From Chloroflexi bacterium CSP1-4 (lineage in GTDB: Bacteria > Chloroflexota > Limnocylindria > Limnocylindrales > CSP1-4), in assembly GCA_001443375.1 (NCBI GenBank), contig LDXM01000012.1, positions 2,089 to 66,088 on the forward strand: a stretch of DNA of 64,000 bases, read 5' to 3'. The notes below the pieces were generated by a model. That model saw nothing but the letters and a program-made list of their open reading frames with translations, did not search any database and had not been told where the DNA came from. The position numbers were made by a program, and so were the translations under genes. This document shows positions 8,709 to 21,007 of the stretch, one piece after another; within the stretch, counting starts at the first letter, position 1; every line of letters starts with the position of its first letter.

Positions 8709-9992
8709 ATGACCCGGTCCACTGCACGCCTCGGAGCGCTCCGGCGGGTCGCCGGTATCGCGGCGCTCCCGGTGATCCTCGCCTTCGTCGCCGCAGGCTG
8801 CGGCCAGGCCGCGACGACCATCGAGTACTCGATCTGGGGCGACCCGGCCGAGCTGGCCAGCCAGCAGGCGATCGTGGACGCCTTCCACGAGGCCAACCCG
8901 TCGATCACGGTCAAGGTGACCGTCTCGGACTGGGACACCTACTGGGACAAGCTCCAGACGGGCCTGGCCGGCGGCGCAGCGCCGGACGTCTTCGCCATGG
9001 ACGGCCCGCTCTTCCCGGACTTCCAGTCCCGCGGCGTGCTGCTCGACCTGAAGTCGTACGTCGAGAAGGACAAGTACGACCTGACGCAGCTCGCCGACCA
9101 GGGCGTGAAGGACTTCACGACCGCCGACGGCGGCCAGTACGGCCTGCCCCGCGACCTGAACGTGATCGTCCTCTACTACAACAAGGCGATGTTCGACGAG
9201 GCGGGCGTGGCCTACCCGGACGACACCTGGGACTGGGCCAAGCTCGTCGAGGCCGCCCACAAGCTGACCCTCGACAAGGACGGCGACGGCACGACCGACC
9301 AGTGGGGCCTCTACACCGAGACCACGGACATGGAGAACTACTGGTCGTCGCTGGTCTGGCAGAACGGCGGCGACATCATCGCCCCCGACGGCAAGTCGAC
9401 GCTCCTCGGCAGCGAGGAGGCGGTCGGGGGCCTGCAGTTCCTGCAGGACCTGATCTGGAAGGAGAAGGTCGTTCCCGAGCCGGCCCTCTTCGCCGAGACG
9501 GGCGACGCCTTCGAGCAGGGCCAGGCGGCCATGGAGGCCAACGGCTCCTGGCTGGTCCCGACGCTCGAGGCCGCCGGCATCGAGCTGGGCATCGCGCCGC
9601 TGCCGCAGGGTCCGGCCGGCCGGGCGACCTCGGTCAATCCGACCGGCGCCGTCGTCTACAAGGACAGCAAGAACCCCGACGCGGCCTGGCTCTTCGTCAA
9701 GTACCTCGCCAGCCCCGCGGCGCAGGAGAAGCTCATGGCGCTGAAGGCGTCGCTGCCGGTCTCCAAGGAAGTGCTCGCCGGGCCGTACGCGGCATCGTTC
9801 GACGGCGCGCAGGTGTTCGCCGATTCGCTCGCCTATGCGCACCTCAAGCCATCGTTCCTGGGCTACAACGAGTTCACGGCGATCCTCCAGGAGGAGCTTG
9901 ATACCAACGTCTTCAACGAACCGAAGAAGACCGCGCGCGATGCCATCGACACGGTCCTGGCCGAGCTGAACGCCCTCCTGGCGGGTCAGTGA
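8709..9992 (+). CDS. ABC sugar transporter substrate-binding lipoprotein (family 1 extracellular solute-binding protein)
   Basis: The signal peptide has a lipobox (LAFVAAGCGQA). The protein is 427 aa. The motif YSIWGDPAE...WDTYWDKL is typical of carbohydrate-binding SBPs. Confidence 0.85.
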   Translation: MTRSTARLGALRRVAGIAALPVILAFVAAGCGQAATTIEYSIWGDPAELASQQAIVDAFHEANPSITVKVTVSDWDTYWDKLQTGLAGGAAPDVFAMDGPLFPDFQSRGVLLDLKSYVEKDKYDLTQLADQGVKDFTTADGGQYGLPRDLNVIVLYYNKAMFDEAGVAYPDDTWDWAKLVEAAHKLTLDKDGDGTTDQWGLYTETTDMENYWSSLVWQNGGDIIAPDGKSTLLGSEEAVGGLQFLQDLIWKEKVVPEPALFAETGDAFEQGQAAMEANGSWLVPTLEAAGIELGIAPLPQGPAGRATSVNPTGAVVYKDSKNPDAAWLFVKYLASPAAQEKLMALKASLPVSKEVLAGPYAASFDGAQVFADSLAYAHLKPSFLGYNEFTAILQEELDTNVFNEPKKTARDAIDTVLAELNALLAGQ

Positions 9993-10900
9993 CCGTCGGC
10001 CCCGCGAGGGCCCGGCGGCGCACCGGGCCGCTCGCATCGGAGGCCCGCTGGGCCTGGTTCTTCCTGGCCCCGACGATCCTCGGCCTGGTCCTGCTCTCGG
10101 CGGGACCGATCCTGGCCACGCTGGCCATCAGCCTCACGAGCTGGGACCTGCTCCAGGCCCCCCGGCTCGTGGGGCTACAGAACTTCGTCGACCTGCTGGG
10201 CGACGACCGCTTCCTGCACGCGCTGCGCAACACGGTCTTCTACACGGTGACCTCCGTGCCGCTCGGCCTGGCGCTCGCGCTCGGGCTCGCCCTGGCGCTC
10301 AACCGGACGATCCGGGGCATCGCCTGGATCCGCACGGCCTACTTCCTGCCCGTGGTCACCTCGACCGTGGCCATCTCCCTGGTGTGGGCCTGGATCTACA
10401 GCCCCGAGCAGGGCATCCTCAACCAGGTCCTCGGCCTCTTCGGCGTGCCCGCGCAGAGGTGGATCTCGGACCCGTTCTGGGCGATGCCGGCGATCGTGGT
10501 CATGGCCGTCTGGCAGGGCCTCGGGACGAACGTGATCATCTTCCTGGCCGGCCTGCAAGCGATCCCGGAGGAGTACTACGACGCCGCGCAGGTGGACGGC
10601 GCCGGCCGCTGGGGCCGCTTCCGCCACGTCACGCTGCCGATGCTCACCCCGAGCATCTTCTTCACCGGCATCCTGAGCCTGATCGGCAGCTTCCAGGTCT
10701 TCGATCAGGTCTACGTCCTGGCGCGTCCCGGCAGGCCCACCGAGGCCACGACCACGGTGGTCTACTTCATCTACGAGAACGGCTTCCGCAACTTCAAGAT
10801 GGGCTACGCGAGCGCGGCCTCGTGGGTCCTGTTCATGATCGTGGCGCTGCTCACCGCCCTCTACTTCCGCTCCCAATCGCGCTGGGTCCACTACGGCTGA
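9989..10900 (+). CDS. carbohydrate ABC transporter permease (MalF/UgpA-like)
   Basis: 303-aa protein with 6 TM segments and the EAA-like motif region IFLAGLQAIPEEYYDAAQVDGAGRWGRFRHVTLP. It overlaps the SBP gene by 4 nt. Confidence 0.85.
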   Translation: MTVGPARARRRTGPLASEARWAWFFLAPTILGLVLLSAGPILATLAISLTSWDLLQAPRLVGLQNFVDLLGDDRFLHALRNTVFYTVTSVPLGLALALGLALALNRTIRGIAWIRTAYFLPVVTSTVAISLVWAWIYSPEQGILNQVLGLFGVPAQRWISDPFWAMPAIVVMAVWQGLGTNVIIFLAGLQAIPEEYYDAAQVDGAGRWGRFRHVTLPMLTPSIFFTGILSLIGSFQVFDQVYVLARPGRPTEATTTVVYFIYENGFRNFKMGYASAASWVLFMIVALLTALYFRSQSRWVHYG

Positions 10901-10904
10901 GGCG

Positions 10905-11813
10905 ATGGACCAGGCATCCGCCCTAGCCACCCTCGCGCCCCGGCGCCGGCCCCGGCGGCGGCCCTGGGCCCGGATCGGCCGGCGCACGATCGTCTACGCG
11001 CTGCTCATCGCGGGCGGGCTGCTGATGATGGGGCCATTCCTGTGGATGATGGCCACCTCGCTCAAGACGCGCGCCGAGGTCTTCGGCTCGCCGCCGCTCT
11101 CGCTGCCGTCGGGCGCGCACTGGGAGAACTACGCGCGGATGTGGGATGCGCTCCCCTTCTCGACCTTCTTCTTCAACTCGGTGAAGCTGGCCCTGCTCAA
11201 TACGGCCGGCCAGCTCGTCAGCAGCTCGATGGCGGCGTTCGCCTTCGCCACCCTCCAGTTCCGCTTCAAGGGACCGCTCTTCGGGATCCTGCTGGCGACG
11301 CTGATCATCCCCTTCCAAGTCGTGCTGGTGCCGAACTTCATCCTCTACCGCATCCTGCCGCACCCGCTCTCGAGCAGTGGCAACTGGATCAACACGCATG
11401 AGCCGCTGTGGGTCGGGGCGTGGCTGGGCGGCGCCTTCGGCACGTTCCTGCTGCGCCAGTTCTTCCTTACCATCCCGAGGGAGCTGGCCGACGCCGCCCG
11501 GGTGGACGGCGCCAACCCCTTGCGGATCTTCTGGCACGTCTACCTCCCGCTGGCCCGGCCCGCCCTGGCGACGCTCGCGATCTTCACCTTCATGTGGACA
11601 TGGAACGACCTCATCGACCCGCTCATCTACCTGCGCGACACGGAGCTCCAGACGGTGACCGTGGGGCTCTCGCTGTTCAAGGGACAGTTCGTCGGGAAGT
11701 GGCCGGAGATGATGGCCGGGGCGCTGGTCAGCCTGCTGCCGATGATCGTGCTGTTCGTGATCGCACAGAAGCACTTCGTGCGCGGCATCACGCTGAGCGG
11801 CCTGAAGGGCTGA
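10905..11813 (+). CDS. carbohydrate ABC transporter permease (MalG/UgpE-like)
   Basis: 302-aa protein with TM segments and RELADAARVDGANPLRIFWHVYLPLARPAL, an EAA-type permease motif. Confidence 0.85.
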   Translation: MDQASALATLAPRRRPRRRPWARIGRRTIVYALLIAGGLLMMGPFLWMMATSLKTRAEVFGSPPLSLPSGAHWENYARMWDALPFSTFFFNSVKLALLNTAGQLVSSSMAAFAFATLQFRFKGPLFGILLATLIIPFQVVLVPNFILYRILPHPLSSSGNWINTHEPLWVGAWLGGAFGTFLLRQFFLTIPRELADAARVDGANPLRIFWHVYLPLARPALATLAIFTFMWTWNDLIDPLIYLRDTELQTVTVGLSLFKGQFVGKWPEMMAGALVSLLPMIVLFVIAQKHFVRGITLSGLKG

Positions 11814-11820
11814 GGTCAAG

Positions 11821-12549
11821 ATGATCGTCGACGGGGTCCCGCTCTACCGCCAGATCAAGGCCGACCTGCTCGAGCAGATCAAGAGCGGCCAGCTGGCGCC
11901 CGGGGAGCGCATCGAGTCGGAGCTCGAGCTGATGGCGCGCTACGGCGTGAGCCGGGCCACCGTGCGGCAGGCGCTCGGCCAGCTCGTGGCCGAGGGCTAC
12001 CTGGAGATCCGCCGCGGGCTCGGGACGTACGTCGCCACACCCAAGCTGGAGCAGGGGCTGGGCGGCTTCTACTCCTTCAGCCGCGAGATCGAGCGGCTGG
12101 GCATGCGACCGGGCACGCGCGTGCTCGGGGTCCGCCTGGAGCCGGCTACCCGGACGGTGGCGGCGGCCCTGGGGCTGCCCCTGGAGACGCCGGTCGTGGC
12201 GCTGCGACGCCTGCGCCTCGCCGACGACGAGCCGCTGGTGGCCGAGACGAGCTACCTGCCGGCGGCGCGCTTCCCCGGCCTCGCCGAGCGGGACTTCTCC
12301 CGTCGCCGTCTCTACGACACGCTGTTGGCCGACTACGGCGTTCGCCCCGCGCGTGCCCACGAGGTGTTCGAGCCGGTCCTGCTCACGACCGAGGAGGCGT
12401 CGCTGCTGGGCAAGCACCGCGGCGACCCGGCGCTGGTGGTCGAGCGCACGGCCTTCGACACCACGATGCAGCCGATCGAGTTCTGCCGCAGCGTCGTGCG
12501 CAGCGACCGCGTGCGTTACTTCGTCGACCTGGGCGAGGCGCAGGCATGA
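11821..12549 (+). CDS. GntR-family transcriptional regulator of the HutC/UTRA subfamily
   Basis: 242-aa protein. The N-terminal wHTH is LYRQIKADLLEQIKSGQLAPGERIESELELMARYGVSRATVRQALGQLVAEGYL. A UTRA effector-binding domain follows. Confidence 0.85.
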   Translation: MIVDGVPLYRQIKADLLEQIKSGQLAPGERIESELELMARYGVSRATVRQALGQLVAEGYLEIRRGLGTYVATPKLEQGLGGFYSFSREIERLGMRPGTRVLGVRLEPATRTVAAALGLPLETPVVALRRLRLADDEPLVAETSYLPAARFPGLAERDFSRRRLYDTLLADYGVRPARAHEVFEPVLLTTEEASLLGKHRGDPALVVERTAFDTTMQPIEFCRSVVRSDRVRYFVDLGEAQA

Positions 12550-13559
12550 TCGCAGACGCTCGAGCCAGCGTCACCTGGCGCGAGGCGGCGACGAGCGGGG
12601 AGGCGGTGGCGGCAGCCCTGGAGGCAAGCGCGGCCGCGCCCGGGCGGATCGTCGAGTCGCTCCTCTCGGCGGACCTCGTCGTGTTCAGCGGCGCCGGATC
12701 CTCCTACCACCTCGCCCAGGTGGTGGCCTGGACCTACCGCGCGGAGACCGGGCGGCCGGCGATCGCCGTGCCGCTCTCGGAGATCCTGCTGCGGCCGGCG
12801 GGGGTCTTCGGGGCCGGCCCGGAGCGTGCCGTGGCCGTCGTCATCTCGCGCTCGGGCGAGACCTCCGAGGCGGTCGCGGTGGCCGCTCAGCGACGGGCGG
12901 CCGGCGCCGTCACCATCGCCGTCACCTGCCGCGCGGAGAGCCCGCTCGCGTCCCTGGCCACCGAGCGCCTGGTCTCGCCGCTCGGTGACGAGCGTGCGAT
13001 CGTCATGACACGCTCGTTCACGAGCATGCTGGCGCTGCTGCTGGGCATCGTCGGGCGGGGCGCGGTGGGATCGGCGCTCGGCGCAGACCTGGCTCGCCTG
13101 CCGGATCGCTTCGACGCCCTCACTGGCCCGGAGGTCGAGCGGGCGTGGGCTCGGTCGGCCGAGATGTCCTGGTCGCGCATCGTCGTCCTGGGCGGCGGCG
13201 CCACCTTCGGCCTGGCGCACGAGGCCTGCCTGAAGGTGACCGAGACGAGCCAGCTGCCGGCTTCGGCGTATGAACCGCTCGAGTTCCGCCACGGTCCCAT
13301 CTCGGTGTGCGAACCCGGTGTCCTCGTGCTCGGCCTGCCCGGCGGACCGGGCGCTGCCGAGGAGCGCAGGGTCCTCGACGAGTGCGCCGACCTGGGCGCC
13401 TCGACGTGGTGGCTGGACCCGGCCCCGGACCTCTACCATGCCGCCCGACTGCCCCTGCTCCTGCCGCCCATCCAGGCGCTCGCGCTCGGCCTCGCCGCGG
13501 CCCGCGGCCGCGATCCCGACGCGCCCCGCCACCTCTCGCAGGTGGTCGTGCTGGAGTGA
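12546..13559 (+). CDS. SIS-domain sugar-phosphate isomerase/deaminase-like protein (AgaS/GlmS-C-like, double SIS)
   Basis: 337-aa protein. VVFSGAGSSYHLAQV and ISRSGETSEAVAVA are SIS motifs. A second SIS-like half contains VVLGGGATFGLAHEACLKVTETS. The start overlaps the gntR stop as ATGA. Confidence 0.8.
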   Translation: MIADARASVTWREAATSGEAVAAALEASAAAPGRIVESLLSADLVVFSGAGSSYHLAQVVAWTYRAETGRPAIAVPLSEILLRPAGVFGAGPERAVAVVISRSGETSEAVAVAAQRRAAGAVTIAVTCRAESPLASLATERLVSPLGDERAIVMTRSFTSMLALLLGIVGRGAVGSALGADLARLPDRFDALTGPEVERAWARSAEMSWSRIVVLGGGATFGLAHEACLKVTETSQLPASAYEPLEFRHGPISVCEPGVLVLGLPGGPGAAEERRVLDECADLGASTWWLDPAPDLYHAARLPLLLPPIQALALGLAAARGRDPDAPRHLSQVVVLE

Positions 13560-14626
13560 CCGCCGACGAGCTGCGCCTGGCCGACTTCCGGCCGCGCTCG
13601 CGGCTGCGGGTGGCCGCGCACGGGGTGCCCCGGCCGGCCGTACCGGCGATCGATGCCCACAACCACCTCGGTGCGGCGTTCGGCGGCGCCTGGGCCTCCC
13701 GCCCGCCGGACGAGCTGCTGCCGATCCTCGATGAAGCCGGCGTCGAAGCCATCGTCGACCTCGACGGGGGATGGGGCGAGGCGCTCGTGGCGGAGATCGA
13801 GCGCTGGCAGCGGCCGCATCCCGATCGCATCGCCGTCTTCGCCGGCCTCGACTACGAACGCTGGGCCGAGGACGAACGCTTCGGCGAGACCGAGGCCCGA
13901 CGACTCGAGGCGGCGGCCCTGGCGGGGGCTCGGGGCCTGAAGGTCTGGAAGGTGCTCGGGCTTCGGGCGCGCGACACGGTGGGTCGTCTCGTGGCCGTGG
14001 ACGACGCGCGGTTGGACCCGCTGTGGGCTGCGGCTGCTCGGCTGGCGCTGCCGGTCGTCATCCACGTCGCGGACCCGGTCGCCTTCTTCGAGTCCCTGGA
14101 CCCGACCAATGAGCGCTGGGAGGAGCTCCACGCCCACCCCGACTGGCACTTCTGGCCCACGCGGCCGCCGGGACGCCCCGATCTGCCCGGCTTCCCGCCC
14201 TTCGACGAACTGCTGGAGGGGTTGCGCCGGGTACTGCTGCGCCACCCGGTGACGACGTTCATCGGCGCGCACGTGGGTTGCGCCGCCGAGGACCTGGCCT
14301 GGGTGGGGGCGACGCTCGAGGCGTGCCCGAACTTCCACGTGGACATCGCGGCCCGCCTGGGCGAGCTGGGGCGGCAGCCGTACACCGCGCGGGCGTTCTT
14401 CGAGCGCTACGCCGACCGCGTCCTCTTCGGTGTGGACGTCGAGCCGGACCCGGAGGTCTACCGCCGCTACTACCGCTTCCTCGAGACCCGCGACGAGTCC
14501 TTCGATTACGACGCCGACGAGGTGCCCGGGCAGGGCCGCTGGCAGATCCACGGCATCGGGCTGCCCGAGGACGTGCTGCGCCGCGTCTACCGCGACAACG
14601 CCCGGCGGCTCATCTTCGAGCGGTAG
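13556..14626 (+). CDS. amidohydrolase-family (TIM-barrel metal-dependent hydrolase, amidohydrolase-2-like) protein
   Basis: The GTG at 13556 overlaps the SIS stop as GTGA. Translation VTADELRLADFRPRSRL...PAIDAHNHLG contains an HxH metal motif. The downstream sequence HVADPVAF...FIGAHVG is also family-typical. The track ORF starts earlier at 13307 with an Arg/Pro-rich, non-native extension. Confidence 0.75.
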   Translation: MTADELRLADFRPRSRLRVAAHGVPRPAVPAIDAHNHLGAAFGGAWASRPPDELLPILDEAGVEAIVDLDGGWGEALVAEIERWQRPHPDRIAVFAGLDYERWAEDERFGETEARRLEAAALAGARGLKVWKVLGLRARDTVGRLVAVDDARLDPLWAAAARLALPVVIHVADPVAFFESLDPTNERWEELHAHPDWHFWPTRPPGRPDLPGFPPFDELLEGLRRVLLRHPVTTFIGAHVGCAAEDLAWVGATLEACPNFHVDIAARLGELGRQPYTARAFFERYADRVLFGVDVEPDPEVYRRYYRFLETRDESFDYDADEVPGQGRWQIHGIGLPEDVLRRVYRDNARRLIFER

Positions 14627-15026
14627 CGGGCCGCCGCGCGCGGGGGATGACCAGGCGCAGCGCGGTGTGCGTCGGCGAGAACGCGACCACCTTGTTGTCG
14701 ACGAGTCCGGCGGCCTTCGCCGCGCCGATCACGTCCACATCCCGGATGGTCGCCGCCTTGCCCTTGCGCGAGACGACCCAGATGGCGCCGTTCGGCTTCA
14801 GCGCCCGCTCCAGTTCGCCGAGCGAGGCCAGCTCGGCGAGCGAGTCGGCGGCGAGGAAGATGAGGTCCGTCCCAGGCAGCGGCGCCCCATCGGTGATGTC
14901 CTGCGTGTGGGCCTCCAGCGCCGCCCGGAAGTCGGGGTCCGCGACGCCCATCACGGCCACGCGAGCACCCGGGAAGACGCCGAGCTTGTCGATGACCGGC
15001 TTGTCGTAGACGCGCTCCGGGCTCAC
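14610..15026 (-). CDS. DUF3052-domain protein
   Basis: Translation from the GTG at 15026 is [39 protein letters not shown]...IWVVSRKGKAATIRDVDVIGAAKAAGLVDNKVVAFSPTHTALRLV. The GTG overlaps the upstream cyclase stop as GTGA. The remainder of track ORF 14610..15758 is antisense junk. Confidence 0.6.
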   Translation of the reverse strand: MSPERVYDKPVIDKLGVFPGARVAVMGVADPDFRAALEAHTQDITDGAPLPGTDLIFLAADSLAELASLGELERALKPNGAIWVVSRKGKAATIRDVDVIGAAKAAGLVDNKVVAFSPTHTALRLVIPRARRPATARR

Positions 15027-18000
15027 GCGGACGGGACGCGGCTCGCGCTCGGGGCTGCGGCCGCGCGCGAGGTCGCTGACGCCCGCGGGCCACGTTCGAT
15101 GGCGCCCTCGAGGAGGGCCAGCATGGTCGGCGATCCCAGTTCCGCGATGAGCGCGCGGGCCTGGTCGGCCGCCACGCGCCCATACGGCTCGTCCACGCCG
15201 AGGAGCCCGACGGCAGCCGTGAGCATGAGCGCCCGGTCCACCCGGAAGCCCAGCTGGTCGAGGACCTCGATGGCCGACCGGAAGCCCGCCGCCCCGGCCG
15301 CCACGCGGCCCTCGAAGACGTCGATGGCGGCATCGAAGGCCGTCGTACTCACGTCGGCCACCCGGCCGCGAACGCCGACGGATCGCCAGCCCTCGCGAAC
15401 GACTCGCACGGCGGCCTCGTCGCCGGCCAGGAGCGCGTGGGTGCCGGCGACGATGTGTCCGGACATGGCCCAGGTCCCGCTCATCGTGGGCAGCGCCGCC
15501 ATGACGGTCCGGTAACCTGCGTCTGGGTCGCCGGACAGCGTCCGAAGAAGGCCCGCGTTGAAGGCGTGATAGAAGTGCGACTGCGGATCGCCTTCGGCGG
15601 GGAGCTGAGCCTCGATCTCGTTGCGCTGCCGGAAGGCGCCCTCGAGGTCGCCCTGATAGGCGGCGATGGCCATGCGCGTCTCGGCGAAACCCAAGCGATA
15701 TCCGAGCGGCACCTCGTCGCCGGCGAACACGTCGGCCTGCGCCAGGCACCACGCCCAATCGCCCAGGTCGTGGGTGGCGGTCCCCAGACTCACGGCCACG
15801 AGTTGGCGTTCCCAGTCGCGGAGCCCGACGCGGCGCGCCGTGACGAGCCCCTGGCGGGCCCCTTCCAAAGAGTCGGCGGGATCGTCGAGGTCGAGGAACA
15901 GGAGGTTGTTGCGGGCGCGCAGCTCGGCCTCGATCAGGCCGTGCGCCTCCGCGAAGCGGACGGCGCCGCGCATCAGCGCCAGCGCCTCCTGGAGGCGGCC
16001 CACGTCGGCCATCGCGCCGGCCTTCGTGTTGAGTGTCTCGGCGATGACCGGCGCCAGGCCGAGGCGCTCGGCCGCGATGAGCGCCTTCTCCGCCCAGGGC
16101 AGCACGTTTTCGGGCGGCTCCGCGCTCCGCCAGTGAGCGCGCGCGAGCTCCGAGGCCAGGCCGGCGAAGACGGCGTCATCGACCCCCTCGCCGGCCTCGA
16201 TCCGCGCCGCCGCTGCCTCGAGCGTCGCGAGACCCGCGGAAACCTCGCCCTCATGCAGGAGGATGGCGCCGAGACGCGTCGCGGCACGCACAGCGTCGGC
16301 GGTCAGTCCGGCTCCGCCATACCATGCGATGGCTTCACCCAGCGCGCTTTTGGCGGCCTCGAAGTGGCCTCCGAAATAGGCGGCATCGGCCAGCCGTTCC
16401 GTGACCGCCGCCTGCTCCGCCGCGTCGGTCGTGACGGTCAGCGTCTGGCGGTACAGCGCCGCCGCCTGGTCATGCGAGTGGAGCGCCAGGGCGCGCTCGG
16501 CGGCGGCACGGAGCGTGACCCGTGCCTGGGCGGCAACGGCCTCGCCCTCCGGACCGGCCGGGCTGGCCTCGTAGGCGGCGACGTAGTGGCTGGCCAGGAT
16601 GCCCGCCAGTTCGTCGTCGTCGAGGATCTCGTAGAAGCGTGCTGCGGCCAGGTGGCGGGCACGTCGCTCGCGACGACCGAGGGTCCCGTAGGCGACCTCC
16701 CGGATGACCGACTGGACGAAGCCGTACTGGCCGCGCTCGGGCGATCGGGGGTCGACATCGAGCTCGAGGATGTCGCGCCGGATGAGGCCGTGCAGCCGGC
16801 TCTCGAGCGCCGCTTCGGCCTCTCCGGAGATGCCCGACAAGCCGGCCAGCGTGAAGGTCTTGCCCAGGATCGAGGCGTCCTGGAGCAGGCCGCGGTCGGC
16901 CGCGGGGAGCGCATCGAGGCGGGCCGCGATGAGCGCCTGCAGGTTGGCCGGGATCTCCAGGCGATCGAGGGAACCGGTAGCCCGGAAACCACCCTCGGTC
17001 GCCTCGAGGCGCCCGCTGTCGAGGAGCATGCGGAAGGTCTCCACCGCGTAGAGCGGGACGCCGTCGGCCTGCTCGACGATGCGCCGGACCACGCTGGCAT
17101 CCAGCCCCGCCGCCATCCCTTCGACCAGCTGGATCATGGTCCCGTCGGCCAGGGGCTCCAGGTGGATGGCGGTGAAGTGGTGCTGCCCCGCGCCCCACGT
17201 CGGGCGGCGGTCGATGAGTTCCGGTCGTGCCAGGCTGACGATGAAGATGGGACGCCCGCGCGACCATTCGAGGATCGACTCGATGAAGTCGAGCAGGCCG
17301 GCATCAGCCCAATGGAGGTCCTCGAAGACCATCATCACCGGACCGCGGTCGGCGACCCGCTCGAAGAACGTCCGCCAGGCGGCGAAGAGCTCCTCCCGCT
17401 GGCCCGGCGGCGCCTCCTCGAGGCCGAGCAGGGCCAGGATGCGCGGCGCGATCCAGTGCCGTTCGTCGTCGTCGGCCACGTACTCGGCAAGCGTCGCGGC
17501 CACCTTTGCCCGGGTGGTCGCCTCGTCGTCGCCCTCGGCCAGCCCGGCCCGCCGGCGAACCATCTCCCCGAGCGCCCAGAACGTCACGCCATCCCCATAG
17601 GACGGCGACCGGCCCTGGTGCCAGAAGACGTCCTGCGCCAGGCCGTCGAGGTACTTCTCCAGCTCCCAGGCCAGTCGGCTCTTGCCGATGCCCGCGATGC
17701 CCACCAGCGAGACCAGCCGCGCTCGTCGCTCCCGCGCCGTGGCGTGATAGAGATCCTTGAGGAGCTGCAACTCGTGGTCGCGACCGACGAAGGGCGGCTC
17801 GATGCCGGTCGTGCGACCCATGCCCTTGCGTCCGGCCACGACGCGCACCGCCCGCCAGGCCGCCACGGGCAGGGCCTTGCCCTTGACCGTCTGATCGCCG
17901 GCCGGCTCGAAGGTGATGGCGTCACTGGCAGCGAGGAGGGTCGCCTCGCCGACCAGGACCTCGCCCGCCGCGGCGGCCGACTGCAATCGTGACGCGGTGT

Positions 18001-18571
18001 TGACGAGGTCTCCGGCGACCATCCCTTCGCCCTGCGCCCCGACCGTGACCGCCGCTTCGCCGGTCAGGACGCCCACCCGCAGCTGCAGCCCGCCGACCGA
18101 GCCGACCTGGAGCGATGGGCCCGCCTCCACCAGGTCGAGGCCGGCCCGCACCGCCCGCTCGGCGTCGTCCTCGTTGGCGATGGGCGCGCCCCAGATGGCC
18201 ATCACGGCATCGCCGATGAATTTCTCGACCGTGCCGCCGTAGCGGCCGATGATTTCGCGCGCGACGTCGAAATAGCGCGAGAGGTACTCGCGAACGTCCT
18301 CTGGGTCGCGATCCTCGGAGGCGGCCGTGAACCCCACCAGGTCGGCGAAGAGGACGGACACCAGGCGGCGCTCCGCCTCCGGGGCCGTCGCGGCGACCCC
18401 CGGGGCGGGCGCCTCCCCCACCGACATCGGCGTTCCGCACTCGCCGCAGAAGCGATCGGCCGGCGGGTTCTCGTGGCCGCACTTCGGGCAAACGGCGGCA
18501 AGGCGCGTGCCGCACTGGCCGCAGAACTTGCGGCCCGGCTCGTTCTCGTGTCCGCAGGTCGTACAGCGCAT
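15023..18571 (-). CDS. multidomain signalling ATPase with an N-terminal double zinc-ribbon, a class III adenylate/guanylate cyclase domain, an AAA (AAA_16/STAND-like) NTPase and C-terminal TPR-like repeats
   Basis: 1182-aa protein. [46 protein letters not shown] is the DZR domain. [15 protein letters not shown]...[11 protein letters not shown] is the CYTH-independent class III cyclase core. [10 protein letters not shown] is the Walker A motif and [11 protein letters not shown] is the Walker B motif. Confidence 0.85.
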   Translation of the reverse strand: MRCTTCGHENEPGRKFCGQCGTRLAAVCPKCGHENPPADRFCGECGTPMSVGEAPAPGVAATAPEAERRLVSVLFADLVGFTAASEDRDPEDVREYLSRYFDVAREIIGRYGGTVEKFIGDAVMAIWGAPIANEDDAERAVRAGLDLVEAGPSLQVGSVGGLQLRVGVLTGEAAVTVGAQGEGMVAGDLVNTASRLQSAAAAGEVLVGEATLLAASDAITFEPAGDQTVKGKALPVAAWRAVRVVAGRKGMGRTTGIEPPFVGRDHELQLLKDLYHATARERRARLVSLVGIAGIGKSRLAWELEKYLDGLAQDVFWHQGRSPSYGDGVTFWALGEMVRRRAGLAEGDDEATTRAKVAATLAEYVADDDERHWIAPRILALLGLEEAPPGQREELFAAWRTFFERVADRGPVMMVFEDLHWADAGLLDFIESILEWSRGRPIFIVSLARPELIDRRPTWGAGQHHFTAIHLEPLADGTMIQLVEGMAAGLDASVVRRIVEQADGVPLYAVETFRMLLDSGRLEATEGGFRATGSLDRLEIPANLQALIAARLDALPAADRGLLQDASILGKTFTLAGLSGISGEAEAALESRLHGLIRRDILELDVDPRSPERGQYGFVQSVIREVAYGTLGRRERRARHLAAARFYEILDDDELAGILASHYVAAYEASPAGPEGEAVAAQARVTLRAAAERALALHSHDQAAALYRQTLTVTTDAAEQAAVTERLADAAYFGGHFEAAKSALGEAIAWYGGAGLTADAVRAATRLGAILLHEGEVSAGLATLEAAAARIEAGEGVDDAVFAGLASELARAHWRSAEPPENVLPWAEKALIAAERLGLAPVIAETLNTKAGAMADVGRLQEALALMRGAVRFAEAHGLIEAELRARNNLLFLDLDDPADSLEGARQGLVTARRVGLRDWERQLVAVSLGTATHDLGDWAWCLAQADVFAGDEVPLGYRLGFAETRMAIAAYQGDLEGAFRQRNEIEAQLPAEGDPQSHFYHAFNAGLLRTLSGDPDAGYRTVMAALPTMSGTWAMSGHIVAGTHALLAGDEAAVRVVREGWRSVGVRGRVADVSTTAFDAAIDVFEGRVAAGAAGFRSAIEVLDQLGFRVDRALMLTAAVGLLGVDEPYGRVAADQARALIAELGSPTMLALLEGAIERGPRASATSRAAAAPSASRVPSA

Positions 18572-18606
18572 CCGCGGAGCGTAGCCGAAGGCGCGCCACG
18601 AGGGTA

Positions 18607-20712
<2,106 letters not shown>

Positions 20713-20737
20713 CTGGGTTGGCGGGTATCATGCCGAC

Positions 20738-21007
20738 GTGAAGATCACCCTGGACCTCGCCGATGCCGAGCTCTACCGCGCCATCAAGGTGGAGGCGGCG
20801 CGAAGTGACCTGACCGTGCGCGAGATCGTCGAGGCCGCGCTCCGGGACTGGCTCGAGCGCCGCGAGGACGAGGAGGACCGCCAGGCGGCCGCGGACGCAC
20901 TCGCGGAGTACGAACGCGACGGGGGCGTGGCGGTCGAGGAGTTCCTGAGCCGTGCGGCCGCCGAGCTGCGCGGGACGTACGGCGACGAGCCCGGTCAGGG
21001 GGCGTGA
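20738..21007 (+). CDS. type II antitoxin with a ribbon-helix-helix fold (CopG/Phd-like)
   Basis: The GTG at 20738 gives VKITLDLADAELYRAIKVEAARSDLTVREIVEAALRDWLERREDEEDRQAAADALAEYERDGGVAVEEFL. The stop overlaps the toxin start as GTGA. The track ORF is extended upstream to 20648. Confidence 0.6.
   Translation: MKITLDLADAELYRAIKVEAARSDLTVREIVEAALRDWLERREDEEDRQAAADALAEYERDGGVAVEEFLSRAAAELRGTYGDEPGQGA

Noticed and set aside
6545-10037. 5' extension of the GH4 ORF (6545..7333), minus ORFs 7292..8509 and 8676..10037, and 6618..7295
   Set aside because: These are shadows of the aldolase, GH4 and SBP genes. GH4 clearly starts at ATG 7334 with a GGAGG RBS.
10175-15758. Antisense ORFs 10175..10987, 10923..11819, 11788..12417, 12516..13532, 13433..14551 and the N-terminal 240 codons of 14610..15758
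   Set aside because: They are opposite to the permease, GntR, SIS and amidohydrolase genes. They have no motifs, and Arg-rich translations.
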